A DNA stretch of 64,000 bases from an uncultured bacterium (GTDB lineage Bacteria; Oederibacteriota; PGYV01; CAWJRG01). The DNA lies in NCBI GenBank assembly GCA_963845185.1, contig CAWJRG010000009.1:928001-992000 (forward strand), read 5' to 3'. The position numbers and the translations under genes are program-made. The notes under the pieces are model-generated. The model was given only the letters and a program-made list of their open reading frames with translations, searched no databases and was not told the DNA's origin. Numbering within the stretch: position 1 is the stretch's first letter; the number at the start of each line of letters is the position of its first letter. Below, in pieces: positions 7,963-17,811 of the stretch.

Positions 7963-8409
7963 TTATATAATATTATCCAGTATTTTTGCCGCGGATTTGA
8001 CAGCATCAAAGCACTTTGTCTCGAATAACTTTGCCTGCCTTGCCTTAGCCATGTTTTCCGGGGTTCCTATGTTTATCCCGAGTATTTCCTCGCATACGCA
8101 GGTCCCGTTTTTCCCGGCAAATTCAGCCATGAATTGCCTGCCAAGCTCGTAAGTCTTTAATTTCGCATCATTATCCTTTATGTCTGCTTTGCCGTATTTC
8201 ATTGATATTGCCATTAAAGCGCCTGTAACTGCGCCGCATAAACCAGTGCCTGTGCTTGCCACGCCGCCGCCGAATATTGTCGACAGCTTCAGCGCGCTGG
8301 CCTCGTCAAGCTTGTCTTCCTGCCTGTAAGCTGTAAAAACCGACTGCGAGCAGTTAAAGGCTTTTTTATATATCTCTATTGCTTTTTCATATCTTTGTGT
8401 ATTTGCCAT
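7963..8409 (-). CDS. C-GCAxxG-C-C family putative redox protein
   Basis: FNCSQSV, FGGG, LCGAVTG, CVC and KC motifs. Confidence 0.88.
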   Translation of the reverse strand: MANTQRYEKAIEIYKKAFNCSQSVFTAYRQEDKLDEASALKLSTIFGGGVASTGTGLCGAVTGALMAISMKYGKADIKDNDAKLKTYELGRQFMAEFAGKNGTCVCEEILGINIGTPENMAKARQAKLFETKCFDAVKSAAKILDNII

Positions 8410-8436
8410 ATTATCGCCCTATCCTTTTCAATCTAA

Positions 8437-8587
8437 CAGGTTGCTGAAAAATGCTGAAACTTGTCATTGCGAGCCCCGTTTTTATTTTTACGGGGCGTGG
8501 CAATCTCGTTTTTCCTTTTAAATACTGGGATTGCTTCGTCGCTTCGCTCCTCGCAATGACACCGCAAAATAGTTTCTCAGCAACCTG
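8437..8587. mobile_element. 151-bp MITE with IS5/IS1182-like ends and a nested palindromic repeat
   Basis: TIRs caggttgctgaaaaa / tttctcagcaacctg (14/15 match); CTAA direct repeats at 8433-8436 and 8588-8591; internal tgtcattgcgag..ctcgcaatgaca (8462-8561). Confidence 0.75.
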
Positions 8588-8598
8588 CTAAAATTATT

Positions 8599-10389
8599 TT
8601 ACTTCTTACTTCCGGCCATCCTTCCTGCCTCTGCCACTATATTCGCGGCAGTATCATTTGAAAGCATAAGTTCAATAGTGGTGATATCCCCGCATGAATT
8701 CTCGCCCTGTGTTTCAAATCCCTTGAATATATTTTTGACTGCCGCGATATTGCTCTCATAGCTGTCCGTATAAAAATAAGCAACCGGCAAACTGAGTTTG
8801 TCCGCGTCTTTTACTCCAAACTCGTCGGAATTAAAGCCTTCGTACCAGAGGTAATTGATATCCCTGACAAGCGCCATGGGCTCTATCATGGAAAAAAGCG
8901 GCAGCGGAATCATGAAGGCCTTCCTGAAATCGTCAAGGCTGTAAAGTTTGCTTTGGTAGTCTATGCCGATGTCCGGATGGTCCTCTTCGTCAAAAACTTT
9001 GGCGAGAACATCTTTGTTTGTCATTTTCCCGTAGCCAAGCTCCTCTGAAAACGGGCTCAAAGCGTCTGGTTTTAAAACCATCAGGTCGGACAGGGTTTTT
9101 ATTTTCAGGAAAAACTTCAGGTCTTCTGTCATTGACTCGCCTTTTGCCACAAGTTCATCGTAATAAAAAACATTTTTCCTGAAAAAACTTTTGCTGCCGT
9201 CGTTTCCTGTAATTGACGGGTTTATTAAAATCATGCCCTTGATGAAATTCTGGAAATTTATCCCGGAAGTGAGCGCTGCCGCCACCTGGTCGAACCCGTC
9301 CCCCCACGTCAGTATGTAGGCGTCGGTTTCCCTTCCGGCAATATAATATAGCGCGTCTTTGATGTCGCTTATAAATTCCTTCAATCCCCAGCCTTTGACC
9401 ACTTTTGCTATGTCATCTTCCCTGTAAAAAGGCACGTTATTATTCCTGTTTACCAGGACATAATTCTGGAACCCGGCCTTAATCAGGCCGGACAATATTT
9501 TATATGACCATCCCGCGCCCAGGTCGGACCCGGGTATTATTATAATAGTTTTATTTTTTTTGGCAGGCGGAAATTTATAAAGCATCACCCTTATATATTG
9601 AAAATATTTGTCATACTCCTGGCTGGCGCCTATATGTTTTATTACATAAGGAAGGCGCATTTTATCGCCCCTGATATGCGCTATTATGTCCATAAATTCC
9701 CCGAAAGTGGTATTTTTATATATAACGTACCGGTTAAGGTTGTATTTATCCGAGTTTAAGTTGTTCGGGCCGTCGTTTACGCCGAAAATAAGCTTGTAAT
9801 AATCCCTGCAGAAATTCTTCACCCTGGCGTCAAACATGCCGTAAGGATAGGCAAAAGTATCCAGCTCCCGTCCGAGCGCTTTTTCAAGCCTCTGCTTTGA
9901 TTTGACCACCTCAAAATTAAGTCCGGCTTTGCTTAATTTTGTGAGTAAAGGGTGCGTGTAGCTGTGGCATCCGAATTCGATCAGCGGGTTGGTTTTAAGC
10001 AGGTCCAAATCTTTTTCTTTAATATAACTTTCGTCGTCGCTGTAAATTACTCCCGGATACAAATAGAATGTCACCGGGATGTTATTTTTTACGACAATTG
10101 GGACAATATCCATGATGCTTTTCCATCCGTCATCTACGGTCAATACAACATTATTGCCTATATTATTTGCTTCCGAATAATACGCCTTTTCCAGTTCCGA
10201 GACCCTTATTATCGGCACCCTGTTCTTTTTTATGTAATCAATCTGCCATTCAAAAACATCCGGCAAAACAGCGTAAAGGTCATTAAGCGAATAGGTGAAC
10301 TTATGATAGCAAAGCGTGACATTTTCCGCCAGCAAGGCGGTAAAAAAAATTATAACAATAAAAAATAAAAAAACTGTTTTTTTCATCAA
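8599..10389 (-). CDS. Secreted polysaccharide deacetylase (CE4/NodB-like) fused to an alpha/beta-hydrolase-like C-terminal region
   Basis: Signal peptide; LCYH, LTVDDG, HSYTHP, FAYPYG; C-terminal IIIIPG..ILTWGDG..GMILINP. Confidence 0.8.
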   Translation of the reverse strand: MMKKTVFLFFIVIIFFTALLAENVTLCYHKFTYSLNDLYAVLPDVFEWQIDYIKKNRVPIIRVSELEKAYYSEANNIGNNVVLTVDDGWKSIMDIVPIVVKNNIPVTFYLYPGVIYSDDESYIKEKDLDLLKTNPLIEFGCHSYTHPLLTKLSKAGLNFEVVKSKQRLEKALGRELDTFAYPYGMFDARVKNFCRDYYKLIFGVNDGPNNLNSDKYNLNRYVIYKNTTFGEFMDIIAHIRGDKMRLPYVIKHIGASQEYDKYFQYIRVMLYKFPPAKKNKTIIIIPGSDLGAGWSYKILSGLIKAGFQNYVLVNRNNNVPFYREDDIAKVVKGWGLKEFISDIKDALYYIAGRETDAYILTWGDGFDQVAAALTSGINFQNFIKGMILINPSITGNDGSKSFFRKNVFYYDELVAKGESMTEDLKFFLKIKTLSDLMVLKPDALSPFSEELGYGKMTNKDVLAKVFDEEDHPDIGIDYQSKLYSLDDFRKAFMIPLPLFSMIEPMALVRDINYLWYEGFNSDEFGVKDADKLSLPVAYFYTDSYESNIAAVKNIFKGFETQGENSCGDITTIELMLSNDTAANIVAEAGRMAGSKK

Positions 10390-10464
10390 AATAGTCCTTT
10401 CGTGAATTCAGCATCATTGCATAAAGTGTTTTGAAATCATGCCTGAAACAGGCAGGAAAAACCG

Positions 10465-10818
10465 TTATTTTTTGAAAGCTTTTATTGCATCTTCAATGCT
10501 GCCATATGCATGTATTATATAATCAAGCCCCATTTGTTTAAAAACGTCGCTTACCTGGTCATTCATGCAGCAGAGCTTAATGTCGCCTTTATTATCCCGC
10601 GCAAATTTTAAATTGCCTATGAATACAACCCAGCCTGAACTGTTTATGTATTCAAGTCCTTCCATATCAATTAAAATTTGATAATTTTCCTCTTCAAGCA
10701 ATTTCATTATGGTCTTTTCTATCTCCGGATAGGTTTCTGCTTCCATTCTGCCTTTTACCCTTATTATCCTGACACCGTCACGTTCTTCCTGCTTTACTTC
10801 AAGTTGTTCGTCATCCAT
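10465..10818 (-). CDS. STAS-domain anti-sigma factor antagonist
   Basis: IDMEGLEYINSSG phosphoacceptor motif. Confidence 0.9.
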   Translation of the reverse strand: MDDEQLEVKQEERDGVRIIRVKGRMEAETYPEIEKTIMKLLEEENYQILIDMEGLEYINSSGWVVFIGNLKFARDNKGDIKLCCMNDQVSDVFKQMGLDYIIHAYGSIEDAIKAFKK

Positions 10819-10947
10819 TTTTATCCTCGTTTTATAGTGCTTAAAGTTACAAACAATAATTTATCACACCAAAATAATTTCCGCAATTAAATTTTATGCT
10901 GATTTCCGTCGCGGTTCCAAAAAACATTCGCTCGTTTTAAATTTAAT

Positions 10948-11427
10948 TTATGATTTTTTCATTAAAAAATAATTGCGGTTTGATTTTATTATTTCGCCGT
11001 TTTTGTTTAATTTCCTGATGGTTTTCCCATCAGTCATGAGAAAATAAAGAATATCGCCGGAATTATCAGGCAAAAGGCGGTATAGTATCGCGGTGTTGTC
11101 ATTTTTAAACCCCTTAAGCGGCGCCCATTTGCCCTTTATTTCAACAACCCTTTCCCTTTCTTTTAAGAAAAGAAATGTTTCTTTCAGCGAAAATGTCATA
11201 TCGCCTTTTAAAGTTAGAATGGTGGTTACGCCTTTACAGCCTTTGCAGGGCAGCTCGCCTTCGTACACCACCGGCGGCCCCGGCTTTTTTGCGGCCACAC
11301 AATTTAAAAGTATTAATATAATTACCGGTATTATTAACCGGATTTTTTTCAAACAGTAAATATTCCCATTATGTATTTTAGTCATTTTACTCTTTTGTAT
11401 GTTGTTTTTTTCTGTAAATAAATACAC
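10948..11427 (-). CDS. NlpE N-terminal-domain lipoprotein (true start probably downstream)
   Basis: LLNC lipobox; YEGELPCKGCKGV..L.L...F.L.ET..GKW. Confidence 0.75.
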   Translation of the reverse strand: MYLFTEKNNIQKSKMTKIHNGNIYCLKKIRLIIPVIILILLNCVAAKKPGPPVVYEGELPCKGCKGVTTILTLKGDMTFSLKETFLFLKERERVVEIKGKWAPLKGFKNDNTAILYRLLPDNSGDILYFLMTDGKTIRKLNKNGEIIKSNRNYFLMKKS

Positions 11428-11686
11428 CTGTAGCCTCTTTGTCGCTGTTCACTGCTTCCCCGTCAAAACCCATCATGACAAGTCTGGACACTGCCCGCTG
11501 TGCATCCACGCTAAAAGCAGCAAAGTCAAACATCCATAAATCATTTTTTTTATCAACATTGTGCTTTTTAAAAAGCGCCTTTTGCGGGTCCTTCGCTGCT
11601 CCCGCATACCATTCTGAATGTATGCCGCCTTTTTCCGCTGTATATTTAAGAATCTCATCTAAAATATCTTTTTCATTCAGTGCCAT
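11387..11686 (-). CDS. Hypothetical protein (~99 aa)
   Basis: AGGAG then ATG at 11686; WYAG..DP..LF..HNV..W motif. Confidence 0.65.
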   Translation of the reverse strand: MALNEKDILDEILKYTAEKGGIHSEWYAGAAKDPQKALFKKHNVDKKNDLWMFDFAAFSVDAQRAVSRLVMMGFDGEAVNSDKEATGVFIYRKKQHTKE

Positions 11687-11826
11687 TTGCCGGTCTCCTT
11701 TTCCTAAAAAGGGCGTGTAATAAATTAAAACCTGACAAAATGGCCCAGCCAGAACATAAAAGGAATTACAAGTATATGCAATACCCACCACAGCGGCCTT
11801 AAAAACTTGAATTTGTCCATTTTATT

Positions 11827-12285
11827 TTACCTCCACAAAAGGTTTCCAAGATAATATACAAGCGAAAGAAGAATAAGGTGCACATACCAGAATCCCATAT
11901 TAGGATACCTTATCCAGCGCCAGCCCTGACTTTTAAGAGGAGCTTCCACCTGATAAACTTCAAAACAAAAAATTATCCTGCCCAGCAGGAACTTACACCA
12001 TAAAATAAATATGTCTGGAATCAAAGGTGCCTTTATTATTGAAAAATGAACCATTGTAATTGTTCCGATAATAGCCAAAAAACCGTTCAGGATATAGGCA
12101 AGATTAAGTGTTTTCCTGAAAATAAAAAGCAAGGGTATTACCAGCGCACTTAAAACCCCCGCTATAAAAGGTATATATCCGTATACATGTTTGGAAATCG
12201 GATGTACGCGGAGATGCAGCAGCAAGCCGCCAAGCGAAACCAGGAACAAGGCAATAATCATCATGGTTTTTACGTATCTTCTCAT
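11827..12285 (-). CDS. Hypothetical membrane protein
   Basis: AGGAGG RBS; several hydrophobic helices; LHLRVHP. Confidence 0.7.
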   Translation of the reverse strand: MRRYVKTMMIIALFLVSLGGLLLHLRVHPISKHVYGYIPFIAGVLSALVIPLLFIFRKTLNLAYILNGFLAIIGTITMVHFSIIKAPLIPDIFILWCKFLLGRIIFCFEVYQVEAPLKSQGWRWIRYPNMGFWYVHLILLSLVYYLGNLLWR

Positions 12286-12385
12286 TTCTTACACCTCCTT
12301 TTCGCATATATTATCATAAACTTTAAAATTTAAAACATAAAACTTTATAATTTCTGAGTATTAAGCAAAAAAAAAGGAACAGGTA

Positions 12386-12414
12386 TTGAAAATTTTACGT
12401 CTAAATGGTAATAT
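12386..12414 (+). promoter_or_regulatory. Sigma70-like promoter
   Basis: TTGAAA-17-TAATAT upstream of the lipoprotein gene. Confidence 0.5.
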
Positions 12415-12442
12415 GAATAAACAATTTTAAAGGAGGCTGTTG

Positions 12443-13171
12443 ATGAAAAAAAATAACGTTCAAACTTTAAAGTTTCTTGCTATTGCAGCATTGTTATTAC
12501 CCGTGTTATTTTCCGGTTGCACGCATGCTTATCTTGTTATGGTAGATTCTATAGGTAATAATCAGGCGCCGCAAAATGCAAGTTATATAATAGCGGCGGG
12601 CAACTCAAATACCGACTCAAACGACCTGCAGTTCCAGGAATATTCTTCGTACTTAGCTACGGCATTAAACGCACTGGGATATAAGCAGGTTGATTCTTCC
12701 CAGGCAGATAACGCGGATATTGAAATATTTCTGTCATATGGCGTGGGTGATCCCCAGAAACATCAATATTCCTATTCGGAACCTGTCTGGGGCCAGACAG
12801 GTACGCAGACAACCCAATATGCAACGGTAAGCAACGTCCACGGTACCCAGGTCATTAATTCTTACACGGATACGGAACCGGATTATGGCGTTGTCGGCTA
12901 TACCACCCAGGTCGGTGAATATACTACTTATGAAAAATATGTATTGATAGACGCTTATGACCTGAAAACCCGTACTTCCGACAACAAACTAAAGCATCTT
13001 TGGAAAACGTCAATAAACTGCTCAAGCAAAACTCCAAAGTTGAGAAAAGTATTCCCTATTCTAATAGCCGGTGCATGGCCGTATCTTGGAAAAAATACCG
13101 GTCAGGAAATAGAAGTTACCGTGCCTGTCGATTCAGAAGCCGTAAGTAAATTAAAGGGTACAACTCGATAA
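12443..13171 (+). CDS. DUF4136-like lipoprotein
   Basis: LFSGC lipobox; L..LGYKQV..ADIEIFLSYG; LIDAYD..LWK. Confidence 0.7.
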   Translation: MKKNNVQTLKFLAIAALLLPVLFSGCTHAYLVMVDSIGNNQAPQNASYIIAAGNSNTDSNDLQFQEYSSYLATALNALGYKQVDSSQADNADIEIFLSYGVGDPQKHQYSYSEPVWGQTGTQTTQYATVSNVHGTQVINSYTDTEPDYGVVGYTTQVGEYTTYEKYVLIDAYDLKTRTSDNKLKHLWKTSINCSSKTPKLRKVFPILIAGAWPYLGKNTGQEIEVTVPVDSEAVSKLKGTTR

Positions 13172-13239
13172 ATTTTATTCAAAATATATTTTTAAATCTT
13201 TGGGTTGCATTCTAAAATTTTTATAATTAGGATTATCTC

Positions 13240-13770
13240 ATGAAAAAAATCACACTTATTTTGATAAGCATTATAATAATATTCCACCCTGTCATTGCAA
13301 GTCAATCTTACAATAAAAAACTTGAAGTAAAAGTTCACGAGCTAATAAATAAAGAGCGTATGAAGCACGGCTTAAAACCTTTCAAATACAGCAAGAAATT
13401 ATCTCAAATAGCAAGGGCGCACAGCATCGATATGGCAAACAGGGATTATACCAGCCATTATACGCCTGAAGGCTTGAATCCGTGGCAGCGCGCTGGAAAA
13501 GCAGGATTTAATATCTACAAAAAAGAAAAAAACGGAATAAGAAAAGGCGTGGGTGAAAATATTTATCAGCACTGGACCGCGATTGAACAAAACAACATCA
13601 AAACTCCATATCTTGAAAGCATAAATAAAGTCGCGCAGACTGCCGTGGAATCCTGGATGAACAGTCCGGAACACCGCGATAATATACTTAACCCGGATTA
13701 CACAATGGCAGGTATTGGCGCGGCTGTATCCAGTGATAAAAAAATTAAAATAACACAGGAATTTTTTTAG
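13240..13770 (+). CDS. CAP/SCP-domain secreted protein
   Basis: INKER..GL, ARAHS.DMA..Y.SH, GENI, WMNSPEHRDNIL, TQEF. Confidence 0.92.
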   Translation: MKKITLILISIIIIFHPVIASQSYNKKLEVKVHELINKERMKHGLKPFKYSKKLSQIARAHSIDMANRDYTSHYTPEGLNPWQRAGKAGFNIYKKEKNGIRKGVGENIYQHWTAIEQNNIKTPYLESINKVAQTAVESWMNSPEHRDNILNPDYTMAGIGAAVSSDKKIKITQEFF

Positions 13771-13805
13771 GGGTATTCCGAGAAATTTTCCGGACTGAAA
13801 TTAAT

Positions 13806-14960
13806 CTATTTACCAGGGGGAGCTTTATATATTCTTTTATAAATGTAGTAATTGTGTTTTACTCCGTGGCTGTCAATAGTTTCCATGGCTGTCTGTTGAA
13901 AATTTGATTTATAATATTTTTTATTATTAAATTCCTGATGAAAAGGTATTCCTACAATTATCTCACTGCCTTCTGACTTCGCATGTGCCATCAGGCGCGC
14001 CGTGACAGTTATTGTGTTGCCGTAAATATTCAGGGATTTCTGACCTGCCACCTCAACTTCACTCAGCAGGTCTTTACCGTTATTAACCGCGACTCTTATC
14101 TTCCATTCGCCGATTTTCCTCTTTCTATTTTCCGTATTAACTTTGTTCAATCGGTCGAAAAACTTCATTGCGAAAGTAAAGTTTATATCCGCTTCATCGC
14201 GGTCCCCCAAAAAACAAATATAAGCTCCATCCCCTACAAGTATCAATAGATAATCGCTGTAACTTGCAAGTAATTCGTCTAGTATTGAGTTAAACTGAGG
14301 TATCCAGTAGTCACGCTGGGTTTCAAGATAAGCCTCGGTCGAGGAACGTATATCCAGCCCCACGCAAGAATTAAAATACTCTTTGCCGGGTTGCAGTACT
14401 TTTGAAAAATTTGCCGGCAGGAAAATATTATTGGCCCGCACCCTTGCAGCTTCTTGCTCGTCGGACACAACCTGAAATTTATATTTAAACCCTTCATAAT
14501 ATTCCGAATCTTCAGGAAATATAAAACCGTTATATTTATAAAAAGCAGCCACAGCATCCGAACCTGCTTTTTGTAGCCATTTATTTACAGCAATCCTGTC
14601 GGCTTTACTGGTAGCAACAAAAAATACAGAATCGTCCTGCCTCAGCTCCTCACCAACTCCATAAGAAAGAAGCTTGTATTCGTTAGCTCTTTTTATAAAA
14701 GTGCCCCCAAAAGAGCCGGCTTTTTGTATTGCCGGCGACTGCTTGCTTTGAGTATCTGGTGGCCATCCGTCAAAAATACGCCATGCGTTTTTGTCCCATT
14801 TTATATGGCTCTGAATACGCGATAATGTATTTTTCTCATCAGTACAAAGTTTCACATCAAGACTTTCCAGGTCCCTGCCTATTAGATAAGTCTTATTTTT
14901 ATCTTTTAGTTCAATGGTCTCCTGTTTTCCGCATACACCACAGAAAAAAGAAAGTTTCAT
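13806..14960 (-). CDS. FHA-like domain plus class III adenylate/guanylate cyclase domain
   Basis: IGR..LSR..H..GS.GGTF (FHA-like); GLDIRSST, LVGDG, RVAVN.G, YGNTITVTARL. Confidence 0.75.
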   Translation of the reverse strand: MKLSFFCGVCGKQETIELKDKNKTYLIGRDLESLDVKLCTDEKNTLSRIQSHIKWDKNAWRIFDGWPPDTQSKQSPAIQKAGSFGGTFIKRANEYKLLSYGVGEELRQDDSVFFVATSKADRIAVNKWLQKAGSDAVAAFYKYNGFIFPEDSEYYEGFKYKFQVVSDEQEAARVRANNIFLPANFSKVLQPGKEYFNSCVGLDIRSSTEAYLETQRDYWIPQFNSILDELLASYSDYLLILVGDGAYICFLGDRDEADINFTFAMKFFDRLNKVNTENRKRKIGEWKIRVAVNNGKDLLSEVEVAGQKSLNIYGNTITVTARLMAHAKSEGSEIIVGIPFHQEFNNKKYYKSNFQQTAMETIDSHGVKHNYYIYKRIYKAPPGK

Positions 14961-15102
14961 TTACTGCTAATCCTCCGTTATTATAATTTCCATCATTTGT
15001 GATAAATTATATCATAACTTGCAAAAAAATTCTATTGTAGTTTTAATTTGAAAATTATTTGTTAGTTAATTTTTACAGACTAAATTTGAATTCAAATGAA
15101 TA

Positions 15103-16092
15103 TTATTTTAAAAAATGTATAAGAAAATAGGCAATAGCCGCTATCGCAGCAGAGCAAGGTATTGTGATTATCCATGCCCATATTATGCTCCCGGCTATTC
15201 CCCATCGTACAGCACTTATTCTCTTCCTTGAGCCTACACCCATTATGGCGCCTGTTATTGTATGAGTTGTAGATACAGGGATACCCATAGACGATGAAGA
15301 AAATAAACTTATTGCCGCGCTGATCTCTGCGCAGAACCCGTCTATTGGTCTTAATTTAGTAATCTTTTGGCCCATTGTTTTCACTATTCTCCACCCGCCA
15401 AGCATGGTGCCAAAAGCAATAGCTACATAACAAGCCACTACAATCCAAAACGGTACATGAAATTTTTTTCCAAGAAGTCCTTCGCTAAATAAAAGGCTAG
15501 CTATTATTCCCATTGTTTTTTGAGCATCGTTGCCTCCATGCCCCATACTATATAAAGATGCTGAAAAAAGCTGCCCTTTTCTAAAAAAATGGTCGACTTT
15601 CATGGGTGAACTGGTGTGAAATAACCAGTAAATACTTCTGCTAAGCAACCCGCCCAAAATAAAACCTAACAAAGGAGAAATAACAATGAAAGCACTCGTT
15701 TTTAATATGCCTGAAATAATAAGTGCTTGTGGTCCTGCTTTTATAAACGCGGCACCTATCATGCCTCCAATTAACGCATGCGAGGAGCTTGTGGGTAAAC
15801 CAAAATACCATGTAATAATATCCCAGATGCATGCCCCCATAAGCGTCCCGAAAATTATATATTTATCCACTATAGCAATATTAATAATACCTTTCCCTAT
15901 GGTATTTGCCACATGAAGGCCGAAAAAAAAGAAAGCTACAAAATTAAAAAATGCTGCCCATACGACAGCAATTCGCGGAGACATTACCCTAGTCGAAACA
16001 ACAGTTGCTATTGAATTGGCAGAGTCATGAAAGCCGTTTAAGAAGTCAAATGTAAGCGCAAGTATAATAAGCAATACTATAGCTAAAGTCAT
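15103..16092 (-). CDS. pit: Inorganic phosphate transporter, PiT family
   Basis: NGFHDSANSIAT, PTSSSHALIG, HGGNDAQKTMG, PVSTTH. Confidence 0.95.
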   Translation of the reverse strand: MTLAIVLLIILALTFDFLNGFHDSANSIATVVSTRVMSPRIAVVWAAFFNFVAFFFFGLHVANTIGKGIINIAIVDKYIIFGTLMGACIWDIITWYFGLPTSSSHALIGGMIGAAFIKAGPQALIISGILKTSAFIVISPLLGFILGGLLSRSIYWLFHTSSPMKVDHFFRKGQLFSASLYSMGHGGNDAQKTMGIIASLLFSEGLLGKKFHVPFWIVVACYVAIAFGTMLGGWRIVKTMGQKITKLRPIDGFCAEISAAISLFSSSSMGIPVSTTHTITGAIMGVGSRKRISAVRWGIAGSIIWAWIITIPCSAAIAAIAYFLIHFLK

Positions 16093-16160
16093 ATTTTCTC
16101 CAATTTGATCTCAATCAATAACTGAATTTATAGATTATTCTTTTTATTGTATATAATGTA

Positions 16161-16787
16161 TTACGCTTGCTTGACAATTATTGATTCAATAACATGAGCT
16201 ACAACCTTGCAGATGTCTAGTACGGTTTCCGCATCCTGATAAATTTCCTTCCATTTAATAAATTCAATAGGGTCTTTTTCATTGTCAACAAGTTCGCTTA
16301 GTGCATCGTCCCTCATTGTATCTCCCTGGCCTTCTAGCCTATTTATATCCATACAATTTTTCAAAATATTATTTGTATTTTTAAAGTTGCGAAGGTCATG
16401 CACGGCGCATGCAATAGCACTAATGGACTCTTCTATTACATGTGAAAATTCAATTAGATTCTTGTTAATAGTTGTAATTTTATAAACTTTTAGCCGGCTG
16501 ACAATTGTATTTATCATGTCGTTGACATCGTCAAGCTTTTTAGCCAGCGTATGAATATCTTCCCTGTCAAAAGGTGTAATAAAAGTTTTGTTCAGGTTGT
16601 CAATTATGGAATAGGTTATTCTATCGCCTTCATGCTCAATATTACGCATTTTTTCGCGGGATTCTTCGTCTATTTCGCCTTTTGCCACCAGCTCCTTGAA
16701 AAGCGCACCGGCACGGACAACGCAATCTACTTCTTTGTCAAAAGAATCAAAAAAATTAAATTCTTTGGGGAAAAGTTTTTCAAACAT
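16161..16787 (-). CDS. DUF47 (PhoU-like) phosphate transport regulator
   Basis: EHEGD, FITPFDREDI, LDD; upstream of pit. Confidence 0.93.
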   Translation of the reverse strand: MFEKLFPKEFNFFDSFDKEVDCVVRAGALFKELVAKGEIDEESREKMRNIEHEGDRITYSIIDNLNKTFITPFDREDIHTLAKKLDDVNDMINTIVSRLKVYKITTINKNLIEFSHVIEESISAIACAVHDLRNFKNTNNILKNCMDINRLEGQGDTMRDDALSELVDNEKDPIEFIKWKEIYQDAETVLDICKVVAHVIESIIVKQA

Positions 16788-16948
16788 AGTTATCTCCTTA
16801 AGCTACTGTTATCCTTTGTATTTTAGGCTTTAGTCTTAGTTGAATCATTGGCAAACATTGAGAATTATTCGAGCATCATTTTTCAGCATATTCCCATAAT
16901 TTGCTTCAGGTTTATTGGTTATGTTTTTGCTGATTTATTTGATGCGTC

Positions 16949-16977
16949 AATATAGCAGAGGGTCAAAAAAATGTCAA
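16949..16977 (-). promoter_or_regulatory. Sigma70 promoter of the DUF47-pit operon
   Basis: TTGACA-17-TATATT on the minus strand. Confidence 0.65.
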
Positions 16978-17027
16978 GCTATTACGCCTAATCTTTAATA
17001 ATTCACCAAATTAGATTCAATATTACG

Positions 17028-17693
17028 TTAACTCTTAATTGCCTTTTTTACTGATGGCGCCAGCATGCCCCATGACACTAAAACAGCTAGTATTATCCAA
17101 AGCGCATCAAAACCATTTAGTGACGAAGGCATTTTTTGTATAAAAATTCTAAAAATTTTAGCAGAAAATAGATTCATGGTTCTTGACGTTCCCCGGCTAA
17201 ATTTCTGAAAAAATAAGTCCTTTACTTGAAATAAGAAAATAAAATATTTGCCTGTTAATATGCCGAAAAGGCAGCATATGCTTGCTATAATCTGCAAAAA
17301 TGTGCCCTTTTTACCTTTTGTAAATAGCAATACCCCACTTCCGCATAAAAATCCTATACACAGCATTACATAGCCATATTCCTTGTTTGTAAGCTTGGCT
17401 AGCCAGCCCCACCCGAGTCCACCTAGCAACGCGGCTATTATGCCTCCGCTTAAAGCTGGTAAATATCCGCTTGTAATGATTTTTTCTTTTTCAACAGTTT
17501 CCAACATGTGTTGTTTTACTGTTTCAACAAATTTATCAGCTTCAACAGTCTCCATACCTGACTCAACAAGTTTTTTTGAAACTATTACTTTATCAATACC
17601 CTTATTTAATTCAGCTACTACATAATTATAAATTTGCTTGACTGTTTCTTCCCGTTTTATTTTTTCTTGCGAAGTCAATGGATCTTCCGGCAT
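17028..17693 (-). CDS. Hypothetical membrane protein
   Basis: AGGAGG RBS; soluble N-terminus followed by about four TM helices. Confidence 0.7.
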   Translation of the reverse strand: MPEDPLTSQEKIKREETVKQIYNYVVAELNKGIDKVIVSKKLVESGMETVEADKFVETVKQHMLETVEKEKIITSGYLPALSGGIIAALLGGLGWGWLAKLTNKEYGYVMLCIGFLCGSGVLLFTKGKKGTFLQIIASICCLFGILTGKYFIFLFQVKDLFFQKFSRGTSRTMNLFSAKIFRIFIQKMPSSLNGFDALWIILAVLVSWGMLAPSVKKAIKS

Positions 17694-17811
17694 GTCAACC
17701 TCCTAATTTCATGGTTCGAACAGGAAAACAAAAATTCATGTTTCTTTTTACTATTATTTCATGTATCGATTCGCGAAATAAATCTTTTTACTTCAATTAC
17801 AATGCTTGTTT

